IMG/VR virus record: IMGVR_UViG_3300037440_000200
Coordinates: 1-60,532 of that record
Direction: 5' to 3' (one strand)
Source of the DNA: a virus
Taxonomy: Duplodnaviria > Caudoviricetes
Length of the DNA stretch: 60,532 bases
Shown one piece after another: positions 10,905 through 21,097 of the stretch. The notes under the pieces are model-generated. The model saw only the letters and a list, made by a program, of their open reading frames with translations. It ran no database searches and was not told where the DNA came from. Each line of letters opens with the position of its first letter. Position 1 is the first letter of the stretch. The position numbers and the translations under genes are program-made.

Positions 10905-11854
10905 GGCGTTACATACCCGTTTGCGTACTTTTTCTTGAGGTTTTCCAAGGCGTCGCTGGTGCGTTGGTCAGTTTCCTGCTGCTCCAGCTCCCAAGGCTTG
11001 AGATCGGTGATGCCGTTTACATTGGTGCGTCCTTGCCGCTTCAGGCAGCCTTCAATGTAGCTCATCGCATCGACGGGACTTTTCTGCTGCGCTGCGCCAA
11101 GCGCGTTCATAACCGCCGCTTCGCCGTAATCCTTGATCCATGATCCGACGCGGGGCCGGAGCTTCTCCTCACGAACCATCGTGCGCTTGCGAATCCACTT
11201 GAGACCTTCGTCCCAAATCACTTCGCGAAGCGGACGTTCGGGCGCTTCTGCGCCAGATCCGTTAGGATCTGAATCTTCTTTCTTTCTTTCTCTTTCTCTA
11301 TCTATGAGTAGTTGACTATCGTTAGAACCGTTGATTTCATTGGGTTTTTCGTCTAAGTTTTCCGAAAGTTTCAGCGAAACTTCGGCCAAACTTTCCTGAA
11401 ACTTTGGCGAAACTCCATCGTTTGCCGCTTTGGCGGCTCGCTCGTTTTGCCACCTTTTGCGCATGCCTTCGGACTGCTTCCGAAGCTGTTCGGCTCGCGC
11501 CTTGCGTTCCTTCTCGAAGCGCATATTCGTCAAGCAGCCCGATCTCAGAATTATCTTTCCAATGGCAATCAGGCTATCCTTGACGCGACGCCAGACGCGG
11601 ACTGAAAGTCCCATGACAACGGACATGAATCGGTCATCGTCCGGCAATGGTTTGCCGCGTCGGTAAAGTCGCATCAGAAAACGGATGTAGGCCCCCTCGA
11701 TCTCCAGACCCATACCTTCCGTGCCTTGGACATAATCATCGATATGCCACTTGGCGAAATGAAAGAGCTTTTCGTGATCATCGCTTAGGACGGTCTCGAT
11801 CTCGGCGCAAAGTTCCTGCCCGTAAGCGGCGCTATTGTGCCCTGGTGTGCTCAT
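10901..11854 (-). CDS. Replication initiator, DUF1376/YdaU family
   Basis: HIDDYVQGTEGMGLEIEGAYIRFLMRLY..GKPLPDDD; internal iteron-like repeats. Confidence 0.85.
   Translation of the reverse strand: MSTPGHNSAAYGQELCAEIETVLSDDHEKLFHFAKWHIDDYVQGTEGMGLEIEGAYIRFLMRLYRRGKPLPDDDRFMSVVMGLSVRVWRRVKDSLIAIGKIILRSGCLTNMRFEKERKARAEQLRKQSEGMRKRWQNERAAKAANDGVSPKFQESLAEVSLKLSENLDEKPNEINGSNDSQLLIDRERERKKEDSDPNGSGAEAPERPLREVIWDEGLKWIRKRTMVREEKLRPRVGSWIKDYGEAAVMNALGAAQQKSPVDAMSYIEGCLKRQGRTNVNGITDLKPWELEQQETDQRTSDALENLKKKYANGYVTP
11355..11414. repeat. 11-bp-period iteron-like array, probable replication origin
   Basis: aagttttccga aagtttcagcg aaacttcggcc aaactttcctg aaactttggcg aaact inside the initiator gene, near a T/C-rich tract. 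Confidence 0.65.
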
Positions 11855-13132
11855 GCTGCGCCTCCCTCGAAAGGATCTTCACCCCAGACATGTTCATTGA
11901 ACCAATCAACGAAGGCAGTTACGCTGGCGTCTTCATATCCGGTGGCATGATCGATCATCTTGGCGATAGGTGAACGGGTCTCGGCAAAAACAGGCTTGAT
12001 GCCGGTGGCTTTTTCGAACGCTTCGAGCGCGTCTTTTTCTGATGCTGCCCACTTGACGGCGGCGTACCATGCGCCGGCCATGATGGGGTTATCCGGGTAA
12101 GCTGTTCTGGTCATGCTGCGCCTCCTTCAGCAAGTTCGATAAATGACACGTGAATAGCTTCAGCGTGACTCCATCCATCCCAGAGAACATTGTATCTGTT
12201 GCTGTTTTTCTTGTTTTCGGATACAATAACTCCAGTTTTCGGAAGGACTTTATTGCGCGGAAACTTCTCCGCAAAAGCTTCGTTGGTTTCGATGCGATCT
12301 CCGGGTTTGAGCTTACGCATTTGCGCCTCCCTTCGTAGAGGAGAGGATGGCTCCCGCGACTGGCCGGAACGGGTCAGACCTGGATACACTCGGGATAGGG
12401 GCTGAAACCCGCTCAGGAAGCGCTACAGCGCCGAACTCGGTGACGGCGGCGTGTGCCATCAGCTCGTAAGAACTGCCCCTGTACGCGCCGATATGAAGCT
12501 TGAAGAGGCGGAAGAGATAAATGGCGTGGTCGGCGTCGTAGACTTGATCCAGCCAGTCCGTGATGATGGTGCGGCGGTTGTCGCGAGCGGTCGGCGCGGC
12601 GTTGAGCTTCGCCTGCCATGCTGATGTGCTCCGGCGCTCGTATTCCTCGGAGGGGATGATGATGGCGTCGAGCGTGATGTCGTCAAGGATGTTGGCAGTG
12701 TCAAGATATTGCGCATCGCGGTCTTGCGCGTGACACATTTCGGTTGTATATCTCATTTGCGTCTGAACTTTCCTGTTTCAGATTTGCATCCGTGTTCCGT
12801 GTTTGCTGAAGGACGATGTTGCGATCGAATTTCAGCCGGGTTTGACGCTCGATACAGAAGTCACTCTCTCCAAAAACCAAATTCTGGATGGCTCCCTTGT
12901 TGCGAAGGGGGCCACCAAAACTCTTAGGCAGCCCGTTTCTTTGCGAATGCACTGTCGGGGTAACGCTCGATAGCCATCCTCGCGAGGACAGCTTCCGCCT
13001 CGGCGTATGAGGAAGCCTCGTCCTCAGCGGTGAATCCGTTCATCTCGTCGCCAAGCTCGACGCGCCAACTGCCGTCAAAAAACGATGAGATCCGGCCGTT
13101 TATTTCGCTGTCGTGAAGTTCCTGAAATATGT

Positions 13133-14452
13133 TCATGCTGCTTTCCTTTTCGCGATTGGCTGCGCAATGACAGCCCCGTAAACGACGCCTTTTGAGTTGC
13201 GCGCCCTGTCTACAAATTCACCGACGAAACGCCCGAAATGATTTTTTCCGACTGGGTTCTCGTTGTTGTCACGGCACCACCTGCGGAAGTCAGCATAGAT
13301 GTCACCGCCAGCCGTGCCGCCTGATTGGTGCCCAGCCTTTTTGGTCAAAACGATCTGCGCTGACGACGCTGCTGTATCCAGCCGTTCATCGACGTAAGCG
13401 CTGACGAGGGCACGGTTTTGCCGGTCGATGATTTCCTTCTTCCGGCGTTTTTCATCCCGCTTGTTGACGGGAGGATCGTAGAGCGTGACGACGTTGTTCT
13501 CCGGCTGTACGGTGTCGTCAGGCTTGGTTTCCGGCTCGGCAATCGGCGTTCCACTGTCGTCAGGTCCTGGCGTTGATGCAGGTGGCTCCGGCGTCTCCGT
13601 GACGATAGGTGCCACAGGCTTGACAGGAAGCGTCAGGGACGGCGTGTAGGGCTTCCTCGGCATGATGGGGGTAGGCATCCGGTTTGCCGCCACGTGACGC
13701 CGTGCAAAGAATGGCGACCATACCGCCCATAGTCCGAAGGCCGTTGCTGCTTCCACGAGAAGCGCGATGAAAACCTTGACGAACAGGACAATCGCTCCGT
13801 CATCAACGCCACTGACGGCAGAAAGCGAATTCGTTCTCGGGTCGACCACCGTCACGCGATCGGTTTTCTTCAGCTCATCACGCTTGAGCGCAAGCTGTCC
13901 GTCCAGCCACATGGCGCGCTCTGCATGGCCGATCTCAGCCTCCAGCTTGCCGAATGTCGGGCAATTCTTCTCGGTAACGGGGCCATCGATCTTGACGCAC
14001 CCGTTGATGCCGGGAATGCGCAGGATCGCGTCGATGTCGGCCTGAATGGTCTTCATCGGCCTGACATCAAGAACCTGTTCACGCTGTGCCTTCAGGCGCG
14101 TGATCTCTGCCGTCAGCTCCTGCCATTCCGATGCCGCTTTTCCGCGCGTATCTTGAAGCGTGGAGAATTTTGACGATATGAATCCTACGGCTGATATCAT
14201 CGACCATAGCGTAAATCCGATGAACAGCAGCAGGAGCGCGCCGCCCTGAAACCAGTGCCGATTGCGCCAGAGCGAGAACACGCCGATGAGAGCCACGACC
14301 TTGATGAGGTCAGAAGCTACCGACACGCCACCGATGACGGGGCCGCCGAAATCCATCCCATAGATGAAGTTCGCAGCGGTAGAGGCAGTTATGAGGACGA
14401 GCAGCGCCGCAGAGACCGGCAGCACCCACCAGAGATCTTTTCGCTCAGACAT
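13133..14452 (-). CDS. Multi-pass membrane protein with coiled coil, Pro-rich linker and C-terminal winged-helix-like domain
   Basis: Three N-terminal and one internal hydrophobic helices; DIYADFRRWCRDNNENPVGKNHFGRFV resembles primase/D5 C-terminal wHTH. Confidence 0.6.
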   Translation of the reverse strand: MSERKDLWWVLPVSAALLVLITASTAANFIYGMDFGGPVIGGVSVASDLIKVVALIGVFSLWRNRHWFQGGALLLLFIGFTLWSMISAVGFISSKFSTLQDTRGKAASEWQELTAEITRLKAQREQVLDVRPMKTIQADIDAILRIPGINGCVKIDGPVTEKNCPTFGKLEAEIGHAERAMWLDGQLALKRDELKKTDRVTVVDPRTNSLSAVSGVDDGAIVLFVKVFIALLVEAATAFGLWAVWSPFFARRHVAANRMPTPIMPRKPYTPSLTLPVKPVAPIVTETPEPPASTPGPDDSGTPIAEPETKPDDTVQPENNVVTLYDPPVNKRDEKRRKKEIIDRQNRALVSAYVDERLDTAASSAQIVLTKKAGHQSGGTAGGDIYADFRRWCRDNNENPVGKNHFGRFVGEFVDRARNSKGVVYGAVIAQPIAKRKAA

Positions 14453-15377
14453 TTGACATTTCCCCAAATGGATATATTCTGACTGACGCACTTAAACGCG
14501 GGGAACTGGAGACGCGGGACGCTCACAAGAGGGGACTACACAGCCGGGATTGGCCTGCCCGCCAATGACCGGCTTTCGTATTTTTTAGACAGCGCCGCCG
14601 CCTTCACCGCCTGCCGGCAATATGCTCGCCACTGCATCCCGATATTCAAGAGCGCCGAAGATTATGGCAGCGATAACCAAAAGGATCGCGATCCAGGGCC
14701 AGTAGGCTTTGAGGAATTCCATTGTCAGTCTCCCTTCAGATAGGATTCAAAGGCGCGGGAAGCTTTGACGATACTCTCGTCGTCTGGCATGTCGCCGCGA
14801 ACCCTGATCGCCATGTCCAACGCGATGATCCGGCGCTGCTCGTCATCACCAAAGCGATGCTCGGCAGGGATCTGGCTTTCATGGTCTTTCACTGCCTGCT
14901 GGCACTCGTCGTCCGACGTACCGGGGTTGGTCCAAGTTGCTTCTGTCATTCTCGTTCTCCATGATTTGAGTACCCGGGCGACCGAATTGCCGCCCGGGCT
15001 GGCCCCCGGTTGTTAGGCTGCCTTCTGGTAGTAGGTTTCGACGATCTGCTTCAGGTGGTCCGGATTGGGGCCATCGACGAGTTTGAAGGCGATAGGCTCG
15101 CGATCAGCGATTTCTGGAACAGGGTTGCCGCCCGGGCCGTCAACGACGTGACGCCATTCGCCCATGAACCTGCCGTCTTCGATGTAGCCTTCAGCCCACG
15201 AGCCATCGGCAAACCAGACGAGGAAGGGTTCAGCCGCATAGTCGGCGTCGAAATTGAAAGCCTCAATTGGCTTCCAATTGTTGGAAGTGACGGGGATTGG
15301 AATTCCGGATTCATCTAGCATTGTCATTCTCCATTGCCGCCCGGCAGCGTATTGCCACCGGGCTTGGGTTAGGGGGA

Positions 15378-16034
15378 TTACTGGAACTTCTTGATCAGCA
15401 TGAGCCGGCCGGACACCACGTCCTTGACATCAACGCCGCCTTCGTTATCGTCGCGGAAGGAATAGCGGCCTTCGAGCGCGCCGCCCCAGCCGTCACCGAA
15501 CGAGACTTCAAGACCGCCGCCAGCGAAGGGGTTGTCGATGCTTTCATCTTCAAGCTCGATGAACTCCCAGCCGCCGTTGATGTAGCAAAGTGCGCCGCCG
15601 CAAAGCAGACCGACGCGGGCACCGGCTCCATAGCTCCATTCAGCGTCACCGAGCGCGGATTCTAGGTTCAGCCAGTTGCCTTCGACGAAAGCGCCGTAGA
15701 CAGCGCCGCCGCTCTGCTGGTCGTAGCCGATGCGGCCAGTGACGATGGCTTTGCCGTCGAAGTTCTGCTGACTAATATCGATAGGCTTGTGTGGATCGCA
15801 TGGCCCCTTCGACACACAAGGTTTCTTTTCATAGTATGTTTCAGTGCTTTCCGACCGGAAAGCCTCATACCCCATACCGAGAGCGATGTAAGGCCCAGTC
15901 CAGTTCACCGCAGTTCCCTGCGGGGCTGGATCGTTGAGGCCGTCGAGTAAATCGGTCGCGTTTGCGGACGAGGCAGCGAGAGCGAAAAAACTCGCGGCGA
16001 GAAGCGGAACTGTGTTGATTTTAAGACTAGACAT
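15378..16034 (-). CDS. Outer-membrane beta-barrel protein, Omp25/RopB-like
   Basis: Signal peptide ending ANA-TD, NWTGPYIALGMGY, GRIGYDQQ, YGAGARVG, FAGGGLEV, LEGRYS, aromatic residue near C-terminus. Confidence 0.85.
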   Translation of the reverse strand: MSSLKINTVPLLAASFFALAASSANATDLLDGLNDPAPQGTAVNWTGPYIALGMGYEAFRSESTETYYEKKPCVSKGPCDPHKPIDISQQNFDGKAIVTGRIGYDQQSGGAVYGAFVEGNWLNLESALGDAEWSYGAGARVGLLCGGALCYINGGWEFIELEDESIDNPFAGGGLEVSFGDGWGGALEGRYSFRDDNEGGVDVKDVVSGRLMLIKKFQ

Positions 16035-16127
16035 TGGTAATATTCCTCGTGTCTGTTGCATTTCACTTCTGTGTGGCCAGTTCGCCACATGTACCGGCTC
16101 GTTTGCCCCGAGCCGGATCTCGTAAAA

Positions 16128-16910
16128 TCAGGTAGTGCCAGAGAGGCTTTCCTCCAGATCGAGCTGCTTAGGCTTCGCGCTTGGAGCAGCGACGAATAGA
16201 TCGCCTTGGGCGTAGGCTTGCTCTATGCGGCGGCAAGCGATCTCAAAGTATTTGCGCTCGCGCTCGATGCCGATCCCGCGCTTGCCGAGCTTTACTGCTG
16301 CGACCAAAGTAGTTCCCGATCCCATGAAGGGGTCGAGGATGGTTTCGACGTCTGCAGGAAGGTGCTCAATGCACCACTTCATGACGCCTATGGGCTTCTG
16401 TGTCGGGTGATCGCCGCGCGGCTCGCCGTGGGCGCGCAGCATCCCGTTCCACATAAAGCGAAGGCGGCGAACGGCTTTCGGAATATTGGTCCAAGCCAGT
16501 TCACAGTCGGCGAAATCGTTCTCACCGTTGATTTTGTCCCAGACGAGCCAGCATTTCGTCGGCGGAAGATCGTAATAATTGCCGCCGAATATGACTTGCC
16601 ACTTTGCCTTCGCGCGAATGGCATCAAGAAGCTCCGCCGAAACAGGCTCATTGTCCCAATCGTCGTTGCCATAGTCGCGCGCAGGTGCGATGTTGCCTCG
16701 GCTCTTGTTCGCGCCCGCAGCCTCGCCAATCCCATATGGAGGATCTGTTACAAGCGCATCGACTTTGGCCAAGGTCGGAACGATGAACTCCGCCTTCTCG
16801 CAATACAGCGTACAATCTCCGATCACGACTTTCGATTTTTCCAGCCGTTCCCTCAGGGAAGAAATCGCCACTTCGTATGACTTGCTCGAATTGTCTGCAG
16901 CGTCATACAT
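16128..16910 (-). CDS. DNA N6-adenine/N4-cytosine methyltransferase (beta class)
   Basis: VTDPPYG motif IV, then HPTQKP and LDPFMGSGTT motif I. Confidence 0.92.
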   Translation of the reverse strand: MYDAADNSSKSYEVAISSLRERLEKSKVVIGDCTLYCEKAEFIVPTLAKVDALVTDPPYGIGEAAGANKSRGNIAPARDYGNDDWDNEPVSAELLDAIRAKAKWQVIFGGNYYDLPPTKCWLVWDKINGENDFADCELAWTNIPKAVRRLRFMWNGMLRAHGEPRGDHPTQKPIGVMKWCIEHLPADVETILDPFMGSGTTLVAAVKLGKRGIGIERERKYFEIACRRIEQAYAQGDLFVAAPSAKPKQLDLEESLSGTT

Positions 16911-17266
16911 TGGAGACCTCCCCCGGCCTTGCAGGGCGCGTTTTCGTGGACTTCCGCCGCTTGATCCTCTGAGGGATATTGAGCTTCGCCAGTTCCTTGG
17001 CTTCATCCGGCGTGAGTCTCTTGCCGTCGACGGTGAGCTTGAAGCGGTCGCCTATGGGGATGCCTTGGAGCTTCATGCTGCGAACCTCACGCGTCTCTTG
17101 CGCGGGCCACGAAGCTCATGCAGTCCGTTATAGACAGCCGCTTCCGTCGCCTTCATGAGTGAGGCAATCTGCTTGGTGTCGTTGCCTTCGTTCCATAAAC
17201 GGAGGGCTTCTTGCCGCTCGTTGCCGCGCAGCATGTTTTTCAGGTTGAACAATCGCCGATCTGTGG

Positions 17267-17797
17267 TCATGCTGCTCTCCTGAGTGGGCGAGTGGCGCGC
17301 GAAACAGGGCGACCGGCAAACGCGAGAGCAGCATGGAAACTGCAATATGACCCGCGCTCTTTCTCGTGAGCGCAGAAAAGGAAATCACCACCACGTTCTG
17401 GAGAATTGACTGGCCACCTGCACATGTGATCGGTGAGATCCAGCAGCGGGATCATCAGCGGAACCGGGGCGCCTTCCGGCGATTGCTTCGGTTCCTGTTT
17501 CGGAGCGGCTTCCATTTCCGCACGGAGCCTTCTTAATTCGGAGACATTGATAGTTGCGTAGTCGCGATGGTCTCGCGGTGGCTTCAGGGGCATTGCGGAC
17601 GGCGTATTGGCGCGTGGCTTCGGTCCGCCTTTCGGGCCACCCTTCAAGCCAAGCCGGTGCTGGCGTCCGATGATCGCATTGCGGCTCCGCTCCGGCATTC
17701 TCTGCCTGATCCTGCCGCCGGAATATCCTTTTGCAGTCATATCTCGGAGCATCGTATCTTCAGCTTCGGTCCATTTCGGCGCGGCCATCGTCACCAT
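17267..17797 (-). CDS. gcrA: GcrA-family cell-cycle regulator homologue
   Basis: WTEAED..L...G.S...SRNAIIGRQHRLGL N-terminus; LLDL..HMCRWPV..FC..SYCSFHAALAF C-terminus. Confidence 0.85.
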   Translation of the reverse strand: MVTMAAPKWTEAEDTMLRDMTAKGYSGGRIRQRMPERSRNAIIGRQHRLGLKGGPKGGPKPRANTPSAMPLKPPRDHRDYATINVSELRRLRAEMEAAPKQEPKQSPEGAPVPLMIPLLDLTDHMCRWPVNSPERGGDFLFCAHEKERGSYCSFHAALAFAGRPVSRATRPLRRAA

Positions 17798-18063
17798 TCC
17801 GGTCTTAGGGGCGGCCGGATCGCAGGAGGGCGACGATCCGGCCGTTTGGAAAAGAGCTACTCCCGGCGACGCGATACGAGCCGCACTCTACAAACGCGAC
17901 GCATACGAAACTCGCGAGGGGCTACCCAATTAGCGGCGTAAATATGCATGCCTATGCACGCGACCACCCACCGCTTGAACGCTAACGCGCATTGGGCATT
18001 TGCAACGGACGCCCTCTGTACAGTCGCCCGATAAAGGAGGGGCGGTCGGTAAACTCGGGAACT

Positions 18064-18591
18064 TCAGGCGGCGATCAAGCGCTGCCTCGCCTCACGAATG
18101 ATCCCTTGGTAGTAATGCCAACAGAAGTGTTCCTTCCTCGGGTCATTCGGATTCAGATAATCAAAGTCTATGCCAAGCGGCGCAAACAAATACATTTGGT
18201 TGATCGGGGCAAAGCCCGAGACAAGCGCACTGATAATCCGACTGTTTCGTCTGTATTTTTCCACGTGCCCCGGCATCTGTAAGAAATCCCAAAGGCCGAA
18301 AACTCGCATCCAATGCTGTTTTTTCCTGTAGCGATCAAACATGTTGTCGGACGCAGTGCCCAAGAACAGATGAAACGGGTTCACACACCTCTTGTTGTCG
18401 CAGTCGTGGCAAACGAAAATGCCTTCAGGTATCGGCCCCCAATGCAACAGCCATGAAAATCTGTGCGCCAAATTCCCGCAAAACTGGCCATACTCGAAGT
18501 CTTCGCTAAGCTTCCTCCAATTCCAGCATCCAGTCTTTGGATCAACATCAAGATTGGACTTGAAGCTTTCGGATATGCTCTGCATCATCAT
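18064..18591 (-). CDS. HNH endonuclease
   Basis: GCWNW ... AHRFSW..GPIPEG.FVCHDCDNKRCVNPFHLFLGT..DN. Confidence 0.85.
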   Translation of the reverse strand: MMMQSISESFKSNLDVDPKTGCWNWRKLSEDFEYGQFCGNLAHRFSWLLHWGPIPEGIFVCHDCDNKRCVNPFHLFLGTASDNMFDRYRKKQHWMRVFGLWDFLQMPGHVEKYRRNSRIISALVSGFAPINQMYLFAPLGIDFDYLNPNDPRKEHFCWHYYQGIIREARQRLIAA

Positions 18592-18593
18592 CC

Positions 18594-18827
18594 CTATGCG
18601 GCGGCTTCTGACTTCGACCGTTCGCCGGCTTTGATCGTCGCTAACAAATCGGTCGTGACATCCTCGAATCCGCGCTCTTTTGCAGCGTGACAAATCTCAC
18701 ACCAATATTCCGGCGGGATGCTGTTTCTGGTATACCAGCCATGGACGGTGTAGTACTTCACGCAAACATCACGCGCGAACGCGGCACGATCCGGCCATAG
18801 GTCGATGATCTGTCTGTGACTGTTCAT
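18594..18827 (-). CDS. cro: Cro-like repressor
   Basis: Small HTH protein (TVHGWYTRNSIPPEYW) divergent from cI. Confidence 0.75.
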   Translation of the reverse strand: MNSHRQIIDLWPDRAAFARDVCVKYYTVHGWYTRNSIPPEYWCEICHAAKERGFEDVTTDLLATIKAGERSKSEAAA

Positions 18828-18835
18828 TGAAGCGG

Positions 18836-18864
18836 ACTGTACGTTACGTACAGCACCATGTCAA
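18836..18864 (-). promoter_or_regulatory. PR-like sigma70 promoter TTGACA-17-TACAGT overlapping operator 18837..18853
   Basis: Perfect palindrome CTGTACG-TTA-CGTACAG covers the -10 and spacer; degenerate copy at 18886..18902. Confidence 0.8.
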
Positions 18865-18901
18865 TACCAATTGCACAGCAGAGCACTGTACGAATCGCAC
18901 T

Positions 18902-19579
18902 ATGGAAAAGCCGCATGACAGACTAAGGTTGATAAGGGAGAAGCGCGGGTATAAGTCTGCGCGAGATGCAGCCCGAGCGTATGGCTGGCCGATCGATGCC
19001 TATGCAAGCCATGAAAACGGCAACAGGAACATTCCGCCCGATGCCGCGATCAGATATTCAAACGCTTTCATATTCTCATTGGATTGGCTATATAAGGGCA
19101 CGATCGCTGAGAAAAGCGGCGGAGTACGTAATTCCCCTCATGTTGCCTTCAAAGTAATCCCGCGTCTACCATGGGATTTTATGAAAAATTACGGGGGCGT
19201 AAACCAGGCGATGGAACAAGCAGTTGATTTTGCGTCGCTGCCGAAAAATCTAAATATCGTAATGCCTGCGTTTTCTATGACTATCGATGGCGATAGCATG
19301 CAGAATGACAATGATCCTGGACCTTCGTTCGCCGAAGGTGATGAGATTGTATTGTCAACTTCAGCGAAAATTCGCCCAGGCGATTTCGTTATCGCTGAGA
19401 TACTTGACGAAAATGTGATTGTATTCAGGCAATATCGCGAACGCGGCAAGCGCACGGACGGCTTTGTGATCTACGAACTTGCTGCGCTGAACTCAGCGCA
19501 TCGGAGCTACATTGTAGACGACCCGAACAAAGCGCGCCTTGTCGCCAAAATGACACACGTCATCAAATCTTACCGCTAA
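18902..19579 (+). CDS. cI: CI-like repressor (XRE HTH + S24-like domain)
   Basis: RLRLIRE..AARAYGW..YASHENGNR HTH; IDGDSM..SFAEGDEIV..PGDFVIA..ALNS C-terminal domain. Confidence 0.88.
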   Translation: MEKPHDRLRLIREKRGYKSARDAARAYGWPIDAYASHENGNRNIPPDAAIRYSNAFIFSLDWLYKGTIAEKSGGVRNSPHVAFKVIPRLPWDFMKNYGGVNQAMEQAVDFASLPKNLNIVMPAFSMTIDGDSMQNDNDPGPSFAEGDEIVLSTSAKIRPGDFVIAEILDENVIVFRQYRERGKRTDGFVIYELAALNSAHRSYIVDDPNKARLVAKMTHVIKSYR

Positions 19580-19589
19580 ATTGTATGGA

Positions 19590-19642
19590 CTGTACATTTC
19601 GTACAGTTTTTTCTTGACCCGTCGCTGTACGTTTTGTACAGT
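19590..19642 (+). promoter_or_regulatory. PL-like promoter TTGACC-17-TACAGT with two operators (19590..19606, 19625..19641)
   Basis: CTGTACATTTCGTACAG and CTGTACGTTTTGTACAG match the operator at 18837; -35 at 19614, -10 at 19637. Confidence 0.8.
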
Positions 19643-19745
19643 CTCCCTATCGGCAGGCTTCCCCCCGGTCGCCTGCCGCCTCTTCAACCCAGACCCTGCC
19701 CATAAAGCTCGGTCTGGGTCCACTAAGGGATAAAGGGTCAAGGGA

Positions 19746-20177
19746 ATGGGCACACGAGCAAGAGTAAACGTCTACGAACGCGAGAAGATTATCGTTTCAA
19801 TCTATCGCCAAATGGACGGCTACCCTGACGGCCTCGGGCAGCAGGTAGCCGATTTCGCCGCAGACATGGCCATCATCAACGGAATATCCGGCCAGAAAGC
19901 CGGAGAAGCTGCCAACGGCATGGGCTGCTTTGCAGCACAACTTATCAGCAAGCTGAAAGACGATATTGGCAGCGTCTATATCCGCGACACATCTGAAGAA
20001 AGTCACGGCGAGGAATACAGCTACAACCTACGCGAAAAAGATGGCCGGATTTGGATTGATGCTCTCGAAGGCAGCATGACTGCTTTTGGAAACCCCGGCG
20101 ATACCGAAACTGACATGAAGTCAATCTTCAGCGGTTTCGCGAAAGACTTCAAGGTTACCGAAGAAGAGGAAGTCTGA
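19746..20177 (+). CDS. Hypothetical phage protein, first gene of the PL operon
   Basis: MGTRA...IYRQMDGYPDG motif; AAGGGA RBS. Confidence 0.65.
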   Translation: MGTRARVNVYEREKIIVSIYRQMDGYPDGLGQQVADFAADMAIINGISGQKAGEAANGMGCFAAQLISKLKDDIGSVYIRDTSEESHGEEYSYNLREKDGRIWIDALEGSMTAFGNPGDTETDMKSIFSGFAKDFKVTEEEEV

Positions 20178-21097
20178 ACCACGATCTCTCTCCTCCCAGA
20201 GACATCGTGAACTGCAAGCCCCAGCCACCGTGTAGCCAAACTAGGCTGGGGCGATTTTTAAAAGGACTTAGCGAAGTGGCCTACACAAGAACAGCAAACC
20301 CATACAACAGCACTCCATTTTCATCGTGCTGCGGCGTTGCATCAATGGATCGCAACGGCAGGCCAGCGGCGAACTGCGAAAAATGCGGGGAAGCCATGAC
20401 GCATCACGATGACGGCCTCGCTTTAATCCGCGCGAAGACAAAACCGGGCCACTGCCTGATGTGCGGAGCGAAACGCGGGGACCCCGCGATTTCTGGAAAT
20501 TGTCACTGCTAATTTTTCAGTCTTTGGAGCAATCCCAATGAACATTTCTGCACCTAGAGTTGAAGCTATCTCCTCCCCAGACTCCTCTCAGGAGCAGTAC
20601 GCGGGCCAGCCACAAGAAGACGGGAACAACACTTGGCTGGCCCGTGCCTATGACAGCTTCATCGAAAAATACGGCGACGATATGGAAGTCATCGCGATTG
20701 GAGCGTGCGGCTCGGTGCCGTCCGGTCTGGCTTTCGGTGTAGCGGCTCCGTATGGCCCATTCTGGGCAATCACGATCACATCATGCTGCATCGGCTTTTA
20801 CGCTATGGCGATGACCGGCGTTGTGTCGCTTCGCGACAAGATCCGCGACCGCGACGAGCGCATCAAGGAAATCAACGATAGCGCACTCTGGCGTCTTTGT
20901 GAACGACGCCGGGAGCTTAACGAAGCTCTCATGGCTGAAAACAGTCATCTAGAACAAGACGTTATGCACTGGAAGGTTCTTTGCCTCACCGAACGGGGTG
21001 GCCTTGAGGCAGAGGATACGGCGGCGGGGATCTCATGTTCGGATAAACACGAAGGCCCTGCCGCCGTTGTTCCTTTCAAGACAGATGGAGCGGGAGC

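Noticed and set aside
18837-19641. CTGT...ACAG sites as LexA SOS boxes
   Set aside because: Spacing is N9 rather than N8, the alphaproteobacterial box is GTTC-N7-GTTC, and placement fits CI/Cro operators
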